A stretch of DNA of 64,000 nt from Nanobdellota archaeon (GTDB taxonomy: Archaea; Nanobdellota; Nanobdellia; Pacearchaeales; GW2011-AR1): positions 72,562 through 136,561 of the forward strand of contig JAKADZ010000001.1 of the NCBI GenBank assembly GCA_021818475.1. Reading direction: 5' to 3'. Position 1 is the first letter of the stretch. Every line of letters starts with the position of its first letter. A program made the position numbers and the translations under genes. The notes below the pieces were generated by a model. It saw nothing but the letters and a program-made list of their open reading frames with translations, had not been told where the DNA came from and did no database searches. Positions 35,350 through 44,271 of the stretch are shown one piece after another.

Positions 35350-36047
35350 AATCAGAAGAACCAATAATCAAAATCAGAAATTTAAAGAGGCATTATAAAA
35401 CCGGAAAAGTAATTGTAAAAGCATTAAACGGAGTTTCATTTGATGTAAGAGAAGGTGAATTTTTGGCGATTATGGGGCCAAGCGGAAGCGGTAAAACAAC
35501 GCTGCTGAGGATTCTTGGGCTGATAGATAAACCCACAAGCGGACAATACACAATAAAAAATTTGGACGTAGTCAACCTGCCCGAAGAAGAAAAAATTTTT
35601 TACAGGCTGACGCAGCTGGGCTATGTATTCCAGGATTATGCGCTGGTCAATGAGATGAGTGCAATTGAAAATGTTTACATTATCTCCCTCATGGAAGATC
35701 TCTCAAAAGAACAATCACAGGAAACTGCAAAATTAGCCTTAGAAAGAGTCGGGCTAGGGGATAAATTAGACAGAATTCCTGATCAGCTTTCAGGAGGGGA
35801 AAAACAAAGAGTTGCAGTAGCAAGAGCAATTTCAAAAACACCAAAAATATTATTTGCCGACGAGCCTTGTGCAAACCTTGACACAAAAACCTCAAGACAG
35901 ATGCTTGAAATTTTCAAGATGCTGAATGAAAAATACGGCCAGACAATAGTAATGGTTACTCATGAAGACTGGCATACAGAATTTGTTTCGAGGATTATTA
36001 ATCTGAAAGACGGAAGGATAACAAGTGATAAAAAAGTATACAAGTGA
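35346..36047 (+). CDS. ABC transporter ATP-binding protein (MacB/LolD-type)
   Basis: Walker A GPSGSGKTT, Q-loop, signature LSGGEKQRV, Walker B ILFADEP and H-loop VTHE. Confidence 0.95.
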   Translation: MKSEEPIIKIRNLKRHYKTGKVIVKALNGVSFDVREGEFLAIMGPSGSGKTTLLRILGLIDKPTSGQYTIKNLDVVNLPEEEKIFYRLTQLGYVFQDYALVNEMSAIENVYIISLMEDLSKEQSQETAKLALERVGLGDKLDRIPDQLSGGEKQRVAVARAISKTPKILFADEPCANLDTKTSRQMLEIFKMLNEKYGQTIVMVTHEDWHTEFVSRIINLKDGRITSDKKVYK

Positions 36048-36114
36048 AATATATTCCCAAAAAAAATTTTCAAAACCTTTTTAAACTATTTTTCTTAAAA
36101 CTATTTATACGAAT

Positions 36115-38307
36115 ATGGCAGAAAAAGAAACACAATTGCAGAAAATTCAGAGACTCAATTCTAGTCCGAAGAATATCAGAAATATAGCGACAAGCGCGCA
36201 CATTCACCACGGCAAGACTGCATTAACAGATAATCTTCTTGCAGCATCTGGTTATATGGCTGCAAAAAATGCAGGAAACCTTGAAGAAGGAATGGCAACA
36301 TGGCAGCACTCAGATGAACAGGAAAGATTAATGACTGTCGACGCTGCTAACGTTTCTATGGTTCACGATTTTCAGGGTGAACAGTATTTAATTAATTTAA
36401 TTGATACCCCAGGTCACGTCGATTTCGGAGGAAATGTTACAAGGGCTATGAGAGCTATCGACGGAACAATCGTTTTGGTATGCGCTGTCGAGGGAATAAT
36501 GCCCCAGACAGAGACAGTTATCAAACAGGCATTGAGAGAAAGAGTTCAGCCGGTTTTATTTATCAATAAAGTTGACAGATTAATCAAAGAAATGAAACTG
36601 ACTCCAGAAAGCATGCAGCAAAGATTTGTAAAAATCATCAATGAATTTAATGATTTAATTGCAAAAATTGCAGAACCTGAATTTAAAGAAAAATGGCTTG
36701 TTAATATTAATGATGGAAGTGTTGCATTCGGAAGTGCGAAAGAAAACTGGGCATTGTCAGTTCCGTTTATGAAAAAAAATGGAATTACTTTCAAAGATAT
36801 TTTTACATTAGTTGAAATGAACGACGCTGACAGAAAAGAATGGACATGGAAAAATGCGCCGTTATATGAAGTTCTTTTGGATATGGCAGTAAAACATTTA
36901 CCTAATCCTTTAGAAGCACAGAAATACAGAATTCCAAAAATCTGGAAAGGAGATTTAGATTCTGAATTCGGGAAAGATTTAATGAACTGCAATCCAAACG
37001 GAAAAATTGGTTTTGTCATCACAAGAATTGTAATCGACCCTCGTTCAGGAAAAGAAATTTCAGCAGGAAGATTATTCTCTGGAACATTAAGAAATGGTAT
37101 GGATGTTCATCTTAACTTGGCAAACAAAGAACAAAAAGTTCAGCAGATATTTGTATACAATGGAGTAAAGCCCGAACAGATTGATGAAATCGGTCCTGGA
37201 AATGTATTAGCAATTTCAGGAGTTACAGGAGAAGCTGGAGAAACTGTAACAGTAGGTCCTGAAACTCCTTTCGAAGAATTGAAACATATTTTTGAACCGG
37301 TAGTTACAAAGTCAATTGAAGTAAAAAAGATGATGGACTTGCCAAAGCTCGTCGAGATTTTGAAACAGGTCGCAAAAGAAGACCCTTCTGTTAAAGTTGA
37401 AATTAATGAACAGACAGGAGAATCTTTAATTTCAGGAATGGGGGAACTTCATCTGGAAATTATTGAAAACAGAATTAAAACCGAGAAAGGACTTGATGTA
37501 AAAACTTCAGCACCTATCGTAGTATACAGGGAAACAGTCAATAAAGAATCACCTTCTGTCGAGGGAAGAAGTCCAAACAAACACAATAGTTTCTTTATTT
37601 CAGTCGAGCCTTTGGAAGATGATGTTTATGAAGCAATCAAAAGCGGAGAAATTCCCGAGGGAAGAGTCAAGAAAAAGAGCGGAGAACTTGCAACAAAATT
37701 CTCAAGATTCCCCGAATGGGATAACGAAACTGTAAAGAGCATCAGGGATATTTACAAAGGAAATGTTTTCTTCGACAAAACAAAAGGAGAAGTTCACATC
37801 GGTGAAGTTATCGAAATGGTATTGGACGCTTTCGAAATGGTTATTGACAAAGGACCATTGGCAAGAGAACCATGCACCAAGATGAAAGTTTCTCTTATGG
37901 ATATCAGACTTCACGAAGATGCAATTCACAGAGGTCCTGCTCAGGTTTACCCTGCAGTAAGGGAAGCAATGACTGAAGCAATGAAACAGGGGGACGCTTG
38001 TCTGCTTGAACCGGTCCAGATTCACCTAATTGAAGTTCCCGACAGATTTATGAACACAATCACAAGACTAGTCGGAGGCAAGAGAGGACAAATGCTTGAA
38101 GTATCTCAGGAAGGAGATGAAACACAAATAAGAGCAAAGATTCCCGTCGCTGAAATGATTGGATGGAGCAATGACTTGCGTTCTGCAACAGAAGGAAGAG
38201 GAGTTTCATCACTGGCAGATCAGTTATTCGAAAAAGTTCCTCGTTCTTTGACTGATGAAATCGTTAGAAAGATCAGAGAAAGAAAAGGTTTAGCCGAAAA
38301 CCAGTAA
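36115..38307 (+). CDS. fusA: translation elongation factor 2 (aEF-2)
   Basis: 730 aa. G1 AHIHHGKT, G3 DTPGH, NKVDR and the diphthamide-region HEDAIHRG. Confidence 0.97.
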   Translation: MAEKETQLQKIQRLNSSPKNIRNIATSAHIHHGKTALTDNLLAASGYMAAKNAGNLEEGMATWQHSDEQERLMTVDAANVSMVHDFQGEQYLINLIDTPGHVDFGGNVTRAMRAIDGTIVLVCAVEGIMPQTETVIKQALRERVQPVLFINKVDRLIKEMKLTPESMQQRFVKIINEFNDLIAKIAEPEFKEKWLVNINDGSVAFGSAKENWALSVPFMKKNGITFKDIFTLVEMNDADRKEWTWKNAPLYEVLLDMAVKHLPNPLEAQKYRIPKIWKGDLDSEFGKDLMNCNPNGKIGFVITRIVIDPRSGKEISAGRLFSGTLRNGMDVHLNLANKEQKVQQIFVYNGVKPEQIDEIGPGNVLAISGVTGEAGETVTVGPETPFEELKHIFEPVVTKSIEVKKMMDLPKLVEILKQVAKEDPSVKVEINEQTGESLISGMGELHLEIIENRIKTEKGLDVKTSAPIVVYRETVNKESPSVEGRSPNKHNSFFISVEPLEDDVYEAIKSGEIPEGRVKKKSGELATKFSRFPEWDNETVKSIRDIYKGNVFFDKTKGEVHIGEVIEMVLDAFEMVIDKGPLAREPCTKMKVSLMDIRLHEDAIHRGPAQVYPAVREAMTEAMKQGDACLLEPVQIHLIEVPDRFMNTITRLVGGKRGQMLEVSQEGDETQIRAKIPVAEMIGWSNDLRSATEGRGVSSLADQLFEKVPRSLTDEIVRKIRERKGLAENQ

Positions 38308-38362
38308 GGCTAAATCATTCATTCGTCAAAGCCAAATGAAAGGACTTGCTGAGAATCAGTAA
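38289..38362. repeat. stop-spanning hairpin, CGAATG-type hairpin module and displaced synonymous copy of the aEF-2 C-terminal codons
   Basis: TTTAGCC (38289-38295) pairs with GGCTAAA (38308-38314) across the stop codon. The core TCATTCGTCAAAGCCAAATGA lies at 38319-38339. Positions 38339-38362, AAAGGACTTGCTGAGAATCAGTAA, encode KGLAENQ*, identical to the real C-terminus. Confidence 0.7.
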
Positions 38363-38378
38363 AATTTCTAAATAAAAA

Positions 38379-38630
38379 ATGACAACCAAAGGATTACTCC
38401 AACTTTGTGAAATAAATCTTGAAAAATTAAGAAAAGGTGAACTTTCCTCAGAAGATTTTTATGAAATTTACAGAGAACATATTAAAAATCACGAAAGTGA
38501 AATTGAAAGATTAAGTGAAGAAAATGAAAAATACCGAAGAGGAGCAAAATATCTAAAACAAGAAATTAAAAAAATAAAAACAGAACTCTCTGATTTAGAA
38601 TTTAATTATACAAGTTTGTTTGAGAATTAG
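38379..38630 (+). CDS. hypothetical coiled-coil protein
   Basis: 83-aa ORF, K/E-rich with heptad-like sequence. No family recognised. Confidence 0.45.
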   Translation: MTTKGLLQLCEINLEKLRKGELSSEDFYEIYREHIKNHESEIERLSEENEKYRRGAKYLKQEIKKIKTELSDLEFNYTSLFEN

Positions 38631-38664
38631 TAATCTCCGACGAAAAAATTAATTTTTATTTGAA

Positions 38665-38952
38665 TTAATCGTAATCAGAAATTTTATAATCACAAATTTC
38701 ACATCGGTAAACTGTTATTTCAGAACAGTCTCCAAGTTTTATTGTTCCATCATATGCCATACTTTTAACCCCGCATTTTTCACAGAATCTTTTCCCATTT
38801 GGAGTTTTAGGCATTGAATTACGAAGTTCTTCTTCGAGTTTTGAAATTTCCCCTCGGTATAATGAAATTTTTGGATTAATCTCTTCAGATAAAATTTTGT
38901 ATATCTCTCCTTTTTTTCTGAATTTTTCTTTTTGTCTTTCAGTTAATGCCAT
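38665..38952 (-). CDS. hypothetical zinc-ribbon protein
   Basis: 95 aa with an N-terminal coiled segment and C-terminal CEKCG...CEIC (CxxC-N22-CxxC). Confidence 0.55.
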   Translation of the reverse strand: MALTERQKEKFRKKGEIYKILSEEINPKISLYRGEISKLEEELRNSMPKTPNGKRFCEKCGVKSMAYDGTIKLGDCSEITVYRCEICDYKISDYD

Positions 38953-39070
38953 GTTAAGTTTTTTCTCCTCGGTTTTCTACCATGCTAGGTTCTTTTTTCA
39001 AAAGAACCCGCTTTTTAAAGATGATTATTCTCCGAGGGAATATCGTCTAGTTTTTTCAATAACCAAAACA

Positions 39071-39078
39071 TTTATAAA
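39071..39078 (+). promoter_or_regulatory. TATA box for aEF-1alpha gene
   Basis: TTTATAAA lies 21 nt upstream of the ATG at 39100. Confidence 0.5.
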
Positions 39079-39099
39079 TAATATTTTTTAATAACTTTT

Positions 39100-40386
39100 A
39101 TGGCTAAAGAAAAACCAAACATGAATGTTGTCTTCGTAGGACACGTTGACGCTGGAAAGTCAACTACAGTCGGAAGACTTATGTTCGATTCTGGAATTGT
39201 TTCTGAACAGGAAATGAAGAAATTGAAAGAGGAAGCTGAAAAGCTTGGAAAAGCTGGTTTTGAATTCGCTTACGTTATGGATAAGGTTAAGGAAGAAAGA
39301 GAGAGAGGAGTTACAATCGATTTAGCTTACAAGAAAATTATGACTCAAAAGTTCCAGGTTACAATCATCGACGCACCAGGTCACAGAGACTTTGTCAAGA
39401 ACATGATTACAGGAGCTTCACAGGCTGATGCTGCTTTCCTTGTAGTTGCTGCTACAACAGGAGTAGAACCTCAGACAAAAGAACACCTGTGGCTTTTAAG
39501 AACAATGGGAGTAAAGAATATCGCTGTTATAATCAATAAGATGGACGCCGTTAATTACGACGAAGCAAAATACAACAAAGTAAAAGAAGATGTTTCTGCT
39601 CTATTAAAAACAGTTGGAGTTAATGTTGAAAAAACAAACTTCATCGCTGCTTCAGGACAACAGGGAGACAATGTTGCCAAGAGATCTGACAAAATGGGCT
39701 GGTACAAAGGACCAACAGTAGTTGAACAGATTGACTTATTCCCTGCTCCAGAATTACCAACTAATCTTCCAATGAGAATGCCAGTTCAGGATGTTTATGA
39801 AATTACAGGAATTGGAACTGTTCCGGTTGGAAAAGTAGAAACAGGAGTTATGAAAGTTGGACAGAAAGTTATGGTATTACCAGGAAGAACTGGAAAAGGA
39901 GTTGCTGGTGAAATCAAGACAATTGAAATGCACCATGAAGCAATGCCAGAAGCACTTGCTGGAGATAATGTTGGAGTAAACGTAAGAGGAATTGGAAAGA
40001 AAGACCTTGCAAGAGGAGATGTTATCTGCGATGCATCTGCACCAATCCCAGTTGTCGACGAATTTATTGGAATAATTACAGTAATAAATCACCCAACCGT
40101 TTTAGCTAAGGGTTACACACCAGTATTCCATGTTCATACTGCTCAGGTTCCATGCCAGTTCGTAGAGTTAATCGCTAAAATCAACCCTGCAACAATGGAA
40201 GTTCTTCAGGCAAATCCAGACTTCCTTAAGAATGGGGACACTGCAAGAGTAAGAATAAAACCTCAGGGAAACTTGTGCCTTGAAACTCAGAAAGATAATC
40301 CTTACATGTCAAAATTCGCAGTAAGAGATGCAGGTCAGACTGTTGCTGCTGGATTATGCACAGAAATTGTTAAGAAAAAACAGTAA
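39100..40386 (+). CDS. tuf: translation elongation factor 1-alpha (aEF-1alpha / EF-Tu family)
   Basis: 428 aa. G1 [10 protein letters not shown]3 DAPGH and NKMD. Its GC content and codon usage look typical of a highly expressed gene. Confidence 0.97.
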   Translation: MAKEKPNMNVVFVGHVDAGKSTTVGRLMFDSGIVSEQEMKKLKEEAEKLGKAGFEFAYVMDKVKEERERGVTIDLAYKKIMTQKFQVTIIDAPGHRDFVKNMITGASQADAAFLVVAATTGVEPQTKEHLWLLRTMGVKNIAVIINKMDAVNYDEAKYNKVKEDVSALLKTVGVNVEKTNFIAASGQQGDNVAKRSDKMGWYKGPTVVEQIDLFPAPELPTNLPMRMPVQDVYEITGIGTVPVGKVETGVMKVGQKVMVLPGRTGKGVAGEIKTIEMHHEAMPEALAGDNVGVNVRGIGKKDLARGDVICDASAPIPVVDEFIGIITVINHPTVLAKGYTPVFHVHTAQVPCQFVELIAKINPATMEVLQANPDFLKNGDTARVRIKPQGNLCLETQKDNPYMSKFAVRDAGQTVAAGLCTEIVKKKQ

Positions 40387-40438
40387 GCTTTCTTGTTTAG
40401 ATATAAATTCTTTTAAAGATAAATAATTCTTATTTAAT

Positions 40439-40693
40439 ATGTTCCAGAGACATTGCTTATCTGAAATAGAACAATTAAGGCAGATAGTTTTAACATCAGT
40501 CAGGGAAAAAGATGAATATAGCATGAATTTTGGTTTAAACAGGTTATCTCTTCTTTATTTAAACGAATTCCTTCTTTATTCTAAAGAAATCGATGAAACT
40601 TTGTTAACAACAGATAAGGATAAAATTAGAGGAAAAATGTCATCTATGATGGACGACTGGAGATGGTTAATTGAAGTAAGAGGGGAAAACTGA
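40439..40693 (+). CDS. hypothetical protein
   Basis: 84-aa ORF. Its stop overlaps the next ATG (TGATG). No family recognised. Confidence 0.5.
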   Translation: MFQRHCLSEIEQLRQIVLTSVREKDEYSMNFGLNRLSLLYLNEFLLYSKEIDETLLTTDKDKIRGKMSSMMDDWRWLIEVRGEN

Positions 40694-41079
40694 TGGAATT
40701 TGAACGTTTAAACCGGGAAGTAATTTACTGGGAAAAAGGGCCTGAAGGAGAAATAAAAAAAATGAAAGTATTCCATCATCTGCCCTATGAAGAAGACATA
40801 TTTAAAATAGATAGCAGAATTGTTAATATGACGTTAGAAGGATGTCAAAAGGAAGAATTAATCGGAGAAATGAATAATTTACGTAGATTGTTGTTTAATT
40901 CCTATCTTGAATTTTCCGATTATATCCTGTATCTTGGAGAAATAAAAGATCATGCACATTCAAAAGATAAAAAACAAGTCGATGAAGTTTTAAAATTTTT
41001 TACAAGGAAATATAGTATCTGCGGAAGAGAAATGGACAATATTCTTAAAGCAATGGAATCTCTCGGATTCAGAGCGTAA
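40693..41079 (+). CDS. hypothetical protein
   Basis: 128-aa ORF, translationally coupled to the preceding ORF. No family recognised. Confidence 0.55.
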   Translation: MEFERLNREVIYWEKGPEGEIKKMKVFHHLPYEEDIFKIDSRIVNMTLEGCQKEELIGEMNNLRRLLFNSYLEFSDYILYLGEIKDHAHSKDKKQVDEVLKFFTRKYSICGREMDNILKAMESLGFRA

Positions 41080-41130
41080 TATATATTTTTTCTCATAAAA
41101 ATTTTTAAACTAAAATATTTTTCTCCAAAT

Positions 41131-41271
41131 ATGGAAGAAAATAAAAAAGAGTGCCTGTTTTTGGTTTCAATAACCGGGAATAATATTCATTTTGAAGTTC
41201 CTGTAAACAGCCTTGGGGATTTTGAAAACCTCGACGACATTCTGAGAAGACTGAAAAAAAAGTTGTCTTAA
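41131..41271 (+). CDS. possible 46-aa ORF (below track cutoff)
   Basis: Hand translation: MEENKKECLFLVSITGNNIHFEVPVNSLGDFENLDDILRRLKKKLS*. The stop lies 1 nt before the ATG of the next ORF. Confidence 0.3.
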   Translation: MEENKKECLFLVSITGNNIHFEVPVNSLGDFENLDDILRRLKKKLS

Positions 41272-41272
41272 G

Positions 41273-41656
41273 ATGTTAAGAGAATTGCCTGCAAGACAAA
41301 TTGAAGGAGATGATTTCAGGAGAATCTTTTCCGGAGATAACCTGCGTCTTTATGTCTGGTATCTCTCAGGAAACTATAGGAATGAAGAAGATATAATGGG
41401 ATTTCAGCTGTGTTTTGAAGAGGGAGATCAAATTGTTCATCTAAAAAAATCGCTAATCTGGAAAAAAAGAGGGGGTTATATTCTTGAGGATGATGACGAA
41501 CCAACAGGGAGTTTTGACCAGGATTCAGTATTAATTTCATTATCTCAAAACAGATTAAATAATCAGGAACTTGCAGAAAAATTTTCGAATTCAGGGAAAA
41601 ATATCGACGAGAAAATCAGAGATTTTGTTTTTAAAAAAATTGAAGAATATGAATAG
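41273..41656 (+). CDS. hypothetical protein
   Basis: 127-aa ORF. No family recognised. Confidence 0.55.
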   Translation: MLRELPARQIEGDDFRRIFSGDNLRLYVWYLSGNYRNEEDIMGFQLCFEEGDQIVHLKKSLIWKKRGGYILEDDDEPTGSFDQDSVLISLSQNRLNNQELAEKFSNSGKNIDEKIRDFVFKKIEEYE

Positions 41657-41695
41657 AAATATATTATAACCTCTTTTTCACAAATCAGGAGAAGG

Positions 41696-41859
41696 CTCTC
41701 AAAGGGAAAACATATTAAAGAAAATTTTAGGTGTTCTCATCAGCCTTGAGCAGTCTCTTAAAGGGAAAACATATTAAAGAAAACCGATTAGGTGTTCTCA
41801 TCAGCCTTGAGCAGTCTCTTAAAGGGAAAACATATTAAAGAAAACCGATTAGGTGTTCT
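41696..41859 (+). repeat. tandem repeat, about 2.7 copies of a 59-61-nt unit
   Basis: The unit is CTCTTAAAGGGAAAACATATTAAAGAAAACCGATTAGGTGTTCTCATCAGCCTTGAGCAGT, with copies starting at 41696, 41755 and 41816. Copies 2 and 3 are identical over their shared length, and copy 1 differs in the AAATTTTAGG segment. Confidence 0.9.
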
Positions 41860-42082
41860 TTAGTTGAACAAACGCGTTAAATTTTTTTTATGAATTATTT
41901 TTTCCTATTGGAGAAATCTGACGAAGTCAATTTCATAGCAATTTATAACCAAAATTTCTAAAAAAATTTTTGCAAATCATTTTGTATTGAAATTTTTCCG
42001 GTGAAGGGAGAACAAAGAAATCAGAATGATAAATACAATAAACAATAATAATCCTTAAATACTAATCATTAATAATTTTTTT

Positions 42083-42643
42083 ATGCTAAGAAAAGAGATG
42101 ACAAAAGTCGAGATTGAAAAAGAATTATCTGGCAAAGGAGATTACGTTTTAATAGACAATATGACAAGATTTCTTAAGGAAAATCTTCCTCTTGATATAA
42201 AAAGATTTGTCTACCTTAAATTAGTCGAGGTCTATGAAAGGAGAAAAATGTTTGCTGATGCAGGTGCAGTTTATGACAAATTAATTGAACTCTCTCTTAC
42301 TCCAACAGATAAAGTTAATTACAGAACAAAAGCAACTGAGTGCTATATCAAATCAGGATTTTATGACAAAGCAGATTTATCGATGAAAAATCTTTCAGGT
42401 GAAGCAAAACTTTCTGAAAAAGCAAAGATAAATTCTTCGATGAAAGATTTTTACAAATCCCAGGCGGAACAGTATGAAAAAGAAAAAAGAAGAGCAAGAG
42501 CAATACAAACCTATCAAAAACTCCTGACATTAAATCTTCTTGACGTCGAGAAAGATGAAATAAACAAAAAACTACTCACCCTTTACAAAGAAACAGGAAT
42601 GATAAGAGAGTTCATGGATATGCGAAAAAAATTAGGTTTGTAA
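42083..42643 (+). CDS. hypothetical helical-repeat (TPR-like) protein
   Basis: 186-aa ORF with repeated helix-pair pattern (YLKLVEVYERRKMFADAGAVYDKLIEL, ATECYIKSGFYDKA, AIQTYQKLLTLN). The family call is weak. Confidence 0.55.
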   Translation: MLRKEMTKVEIEKELSGKGDYVLIDNMTRFLKENLPLDIKRFVYLKLVEVYERRKMFADAGAVYDKLIELSLTPTDKVNYRTKATECYIKSGFYDKADLSMKNLSGEAKLSEKAKINSSMKDFYKSQAEQYEKEKRRARAIQTYQKLLTLNLLDVEKDEINKKLLTLYKETGMIREFMDMRKKLGL

Positions 42644-42676
42644 ATAATTTAAAAAATTTATTCAGTTCTTATAATC

Positions 42677-42922
42677 ATGGCAATTGAAAAAATTCTTTCA
42701 AATGAAATAAATTATGATTTCATATTTCCGAGAGTAAAATTGAGAGTTCATTGTTCTTGCGGAAAAGATTACACAATCCGCCAGAAACTTAATTCAAGAC
42801 ATGGCAATAACACTGCAGAAACTCATGGTTACAAATGTCGGGAATGCAAAGAAACCTCTTATATTCAATACACTGGGACAGGAGCAAAAATTGTAACTGA
42901 TGAAATCCTTAATAAAGAATAA
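42677..42922 (+). CDS. hypothetical zinc-finger protein
   Basis: 81 aa with CSC...H...C.EC Cys/His spacing. No family recognised. Confidence 0.5.
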   Translation: MAIEKILSNEINYDFIFPRVKLRVHCSCGKDYTIRQKLNSRHGNNTAETHGYKCRECKETSYIQYTGTGAKIVTDEILNKE

Positions 42923-43091
42923 GTTTAAAAATCCCTTTTCTATAATAGTTTTGTAGAAATATCTATTGATTAGATTATATCACTTTCACATTCACATTTC
43001 CTTTTGGAAAAGTAGAACTACAGAGAGGTTGTAACTGTAGATATTTCTTGAAATCATAGATTTCAAATTAAATAAACAGGAAAATAAAAAC

Positions 43092-44264
43092 ATGGCAAAA
43101 ATAAGCCCGGTATCAATAAAATATATGATACATGCAAATTTTTCAGCAGAGGGAGCTTTGGAAAAACCCGACGTAATCGGAGCTATCTTCGGTCAGACAG
43201 AAGGTCTTTTGGGAGCAGAACTCGAGATGAGAGAATTGCAAAAAGAAGGTAAAATCGGAAGAATTGAAGTGGACTTGCATAAAGAAGGAAAAAATACTGT
43301 AGGAGTCGTTAAAATTCCCACAGCTCTTGACCAGTCTGAAACAACTTTAATCGCCGCTGCAATTGAAACTATCGAAAGAATAGGCCCTTGTGATTCCCAG
43401 ATAACTGTCGAAAGAATCGAAGATGTCAGAGGAAGCAAAAGGGATTACATAATTGAAAGGGCAAAAAAGTTGATGAGTGAGATTCACGGAACAACCGATT
43501 CAAGAGAAATATCTGCTGAGATTAAGGAATCTGCAAAGATTGCCGGAATCAGAGAATACGGAGATAACAAACTTCCTTGCGGAGACATTTCCGGAAAGGA
43601 ATTAATTGTTGTTGAAGGAAGAGCAGATGTTGTAAACCTTTTAAGAAACGGGGTCAATAACGTCATAGGAATGAACGGAACAAAACTTCCTGATGAAATC
43701 AGAGAATTGGGTAAGGAAAAAGAAATTACTCTTTTCGTAGACGGAGACAGAGGAGGAAAACTCATCGCCCAGAACGTTACTGAAAACGCAAATGTAACAT
43801 ATATCGCCACAGCTCCAGACGGAAAAGAAGTTGAAGAGCTTACTGGCAAAGAAATTTTAATGAATTTGAGAAAAAAAGTCCCGGTAAAGGACTTTTTTTC
43901 AGGTTTTTCAGAAAAGAAAAAATCATACTCAACTGAATCAAAAGAAGAAAGAACAGAAAAAAAAGCAGAAGAACCATTTGATTTGACTGCTGAAAAAAAA
44001 GAAAAATTGAAAAAAATTTCAAAACAAAATGAAGGAAACGGAAAAGCAATAATTCTCGACAGCAATTTAAATGAAATAAAAAGCGTTTCAGTCAAAACAT
44101 TGGTCAGCACACTAAAAAGATTCAGAACAAAGATAACCGCATTAGTTATTGACGGAACCGCAACAACACCAATAATAATTTCTGCTGAGGAAGTTTCATG
44201 CAAGGTTATCGTAGCAAAGAACTTCGGAACAACTGACACAAATATTAAATTATTAAGCTTGTAA
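43092..44264 (+). CDS. dnaG: archaeal DnaG-type primase (TOPRIM domain)
   Basis: N-terminus IKYMIHANFSAEGALEKPDVIGAIFGQTEGLLG is characteristic of archaeal DnaG. The TOPRIM block is LIVVEGRADVVNL...LFVDGDRGG. Confidence 0.9.
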   Translation: MAKISPVSIKYMIHANFSAEGALEKPDVIGAIFGQTEGLLGAELEMRELQKEGKIGRIEVDLHKEGKNTVGVVKIPTALDQSETTLIAAAIETIERIGPCDSQITVERIEDVRGSKRDYIIERAKKLMSEIHGTTDSREISAEIKESAKIAGIREYGDNKLPCGDISGKELIVVEGRADVVNLLRNGVNNVIGMNGTKLPDEIRELGKEKEITLFVDGDRGGKLIAQNVTENANVTYIATAPDGKEVEELTGKEILMNLRKKVPVKDFFSGFSEKKKSYSTESKEERTEKKAEEPFDLTAEKKEKLKKISKQNEGNGKAIILDSNLNEIKSVSVKTLVSTLKRFRTKITALVIDGTATTPIIISAEEVSCKVIVAKNFGTTDTNIKLLSL

Positions 44265-44271
44265 AAAAGTA

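Noticed and set aside
41696-41859. Possible CRISPR array
   Set aside because: The repeated units are contiguous, with no unique spacers between them. The unit is 59-61 nt, there are only about 2.7 copies, and no cas genes are in the window.
42923-43091. Possible small RNA in the 169-nt spacer upstream of dnaG (hairpins CTACAG..CTGTAG and GAAATC-ATA-GATTTC)
   Set aside because: There are only two short stems in AT-rich sequence, with no repeat copies, no box motifs and no comparative data. The evidence is insufficient to call an ncRNA.
43484-44239. 251-aa minus-strand ORF inside dnaG. The same reasoning applies to the antisense ORFs inside copA (10952..11443, 11516..11968), nifS (5070..5525), aEF-2 (36546..37022, 37702..38025), rpoB, rpoA, smc and the giant gene.
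   Set aside because: Each lies opposite a gene with strong family motifs. The AT-rich, stop-poor antisense frames produce long spurious ORFs with S/F/L/I-rich low-complexity products.
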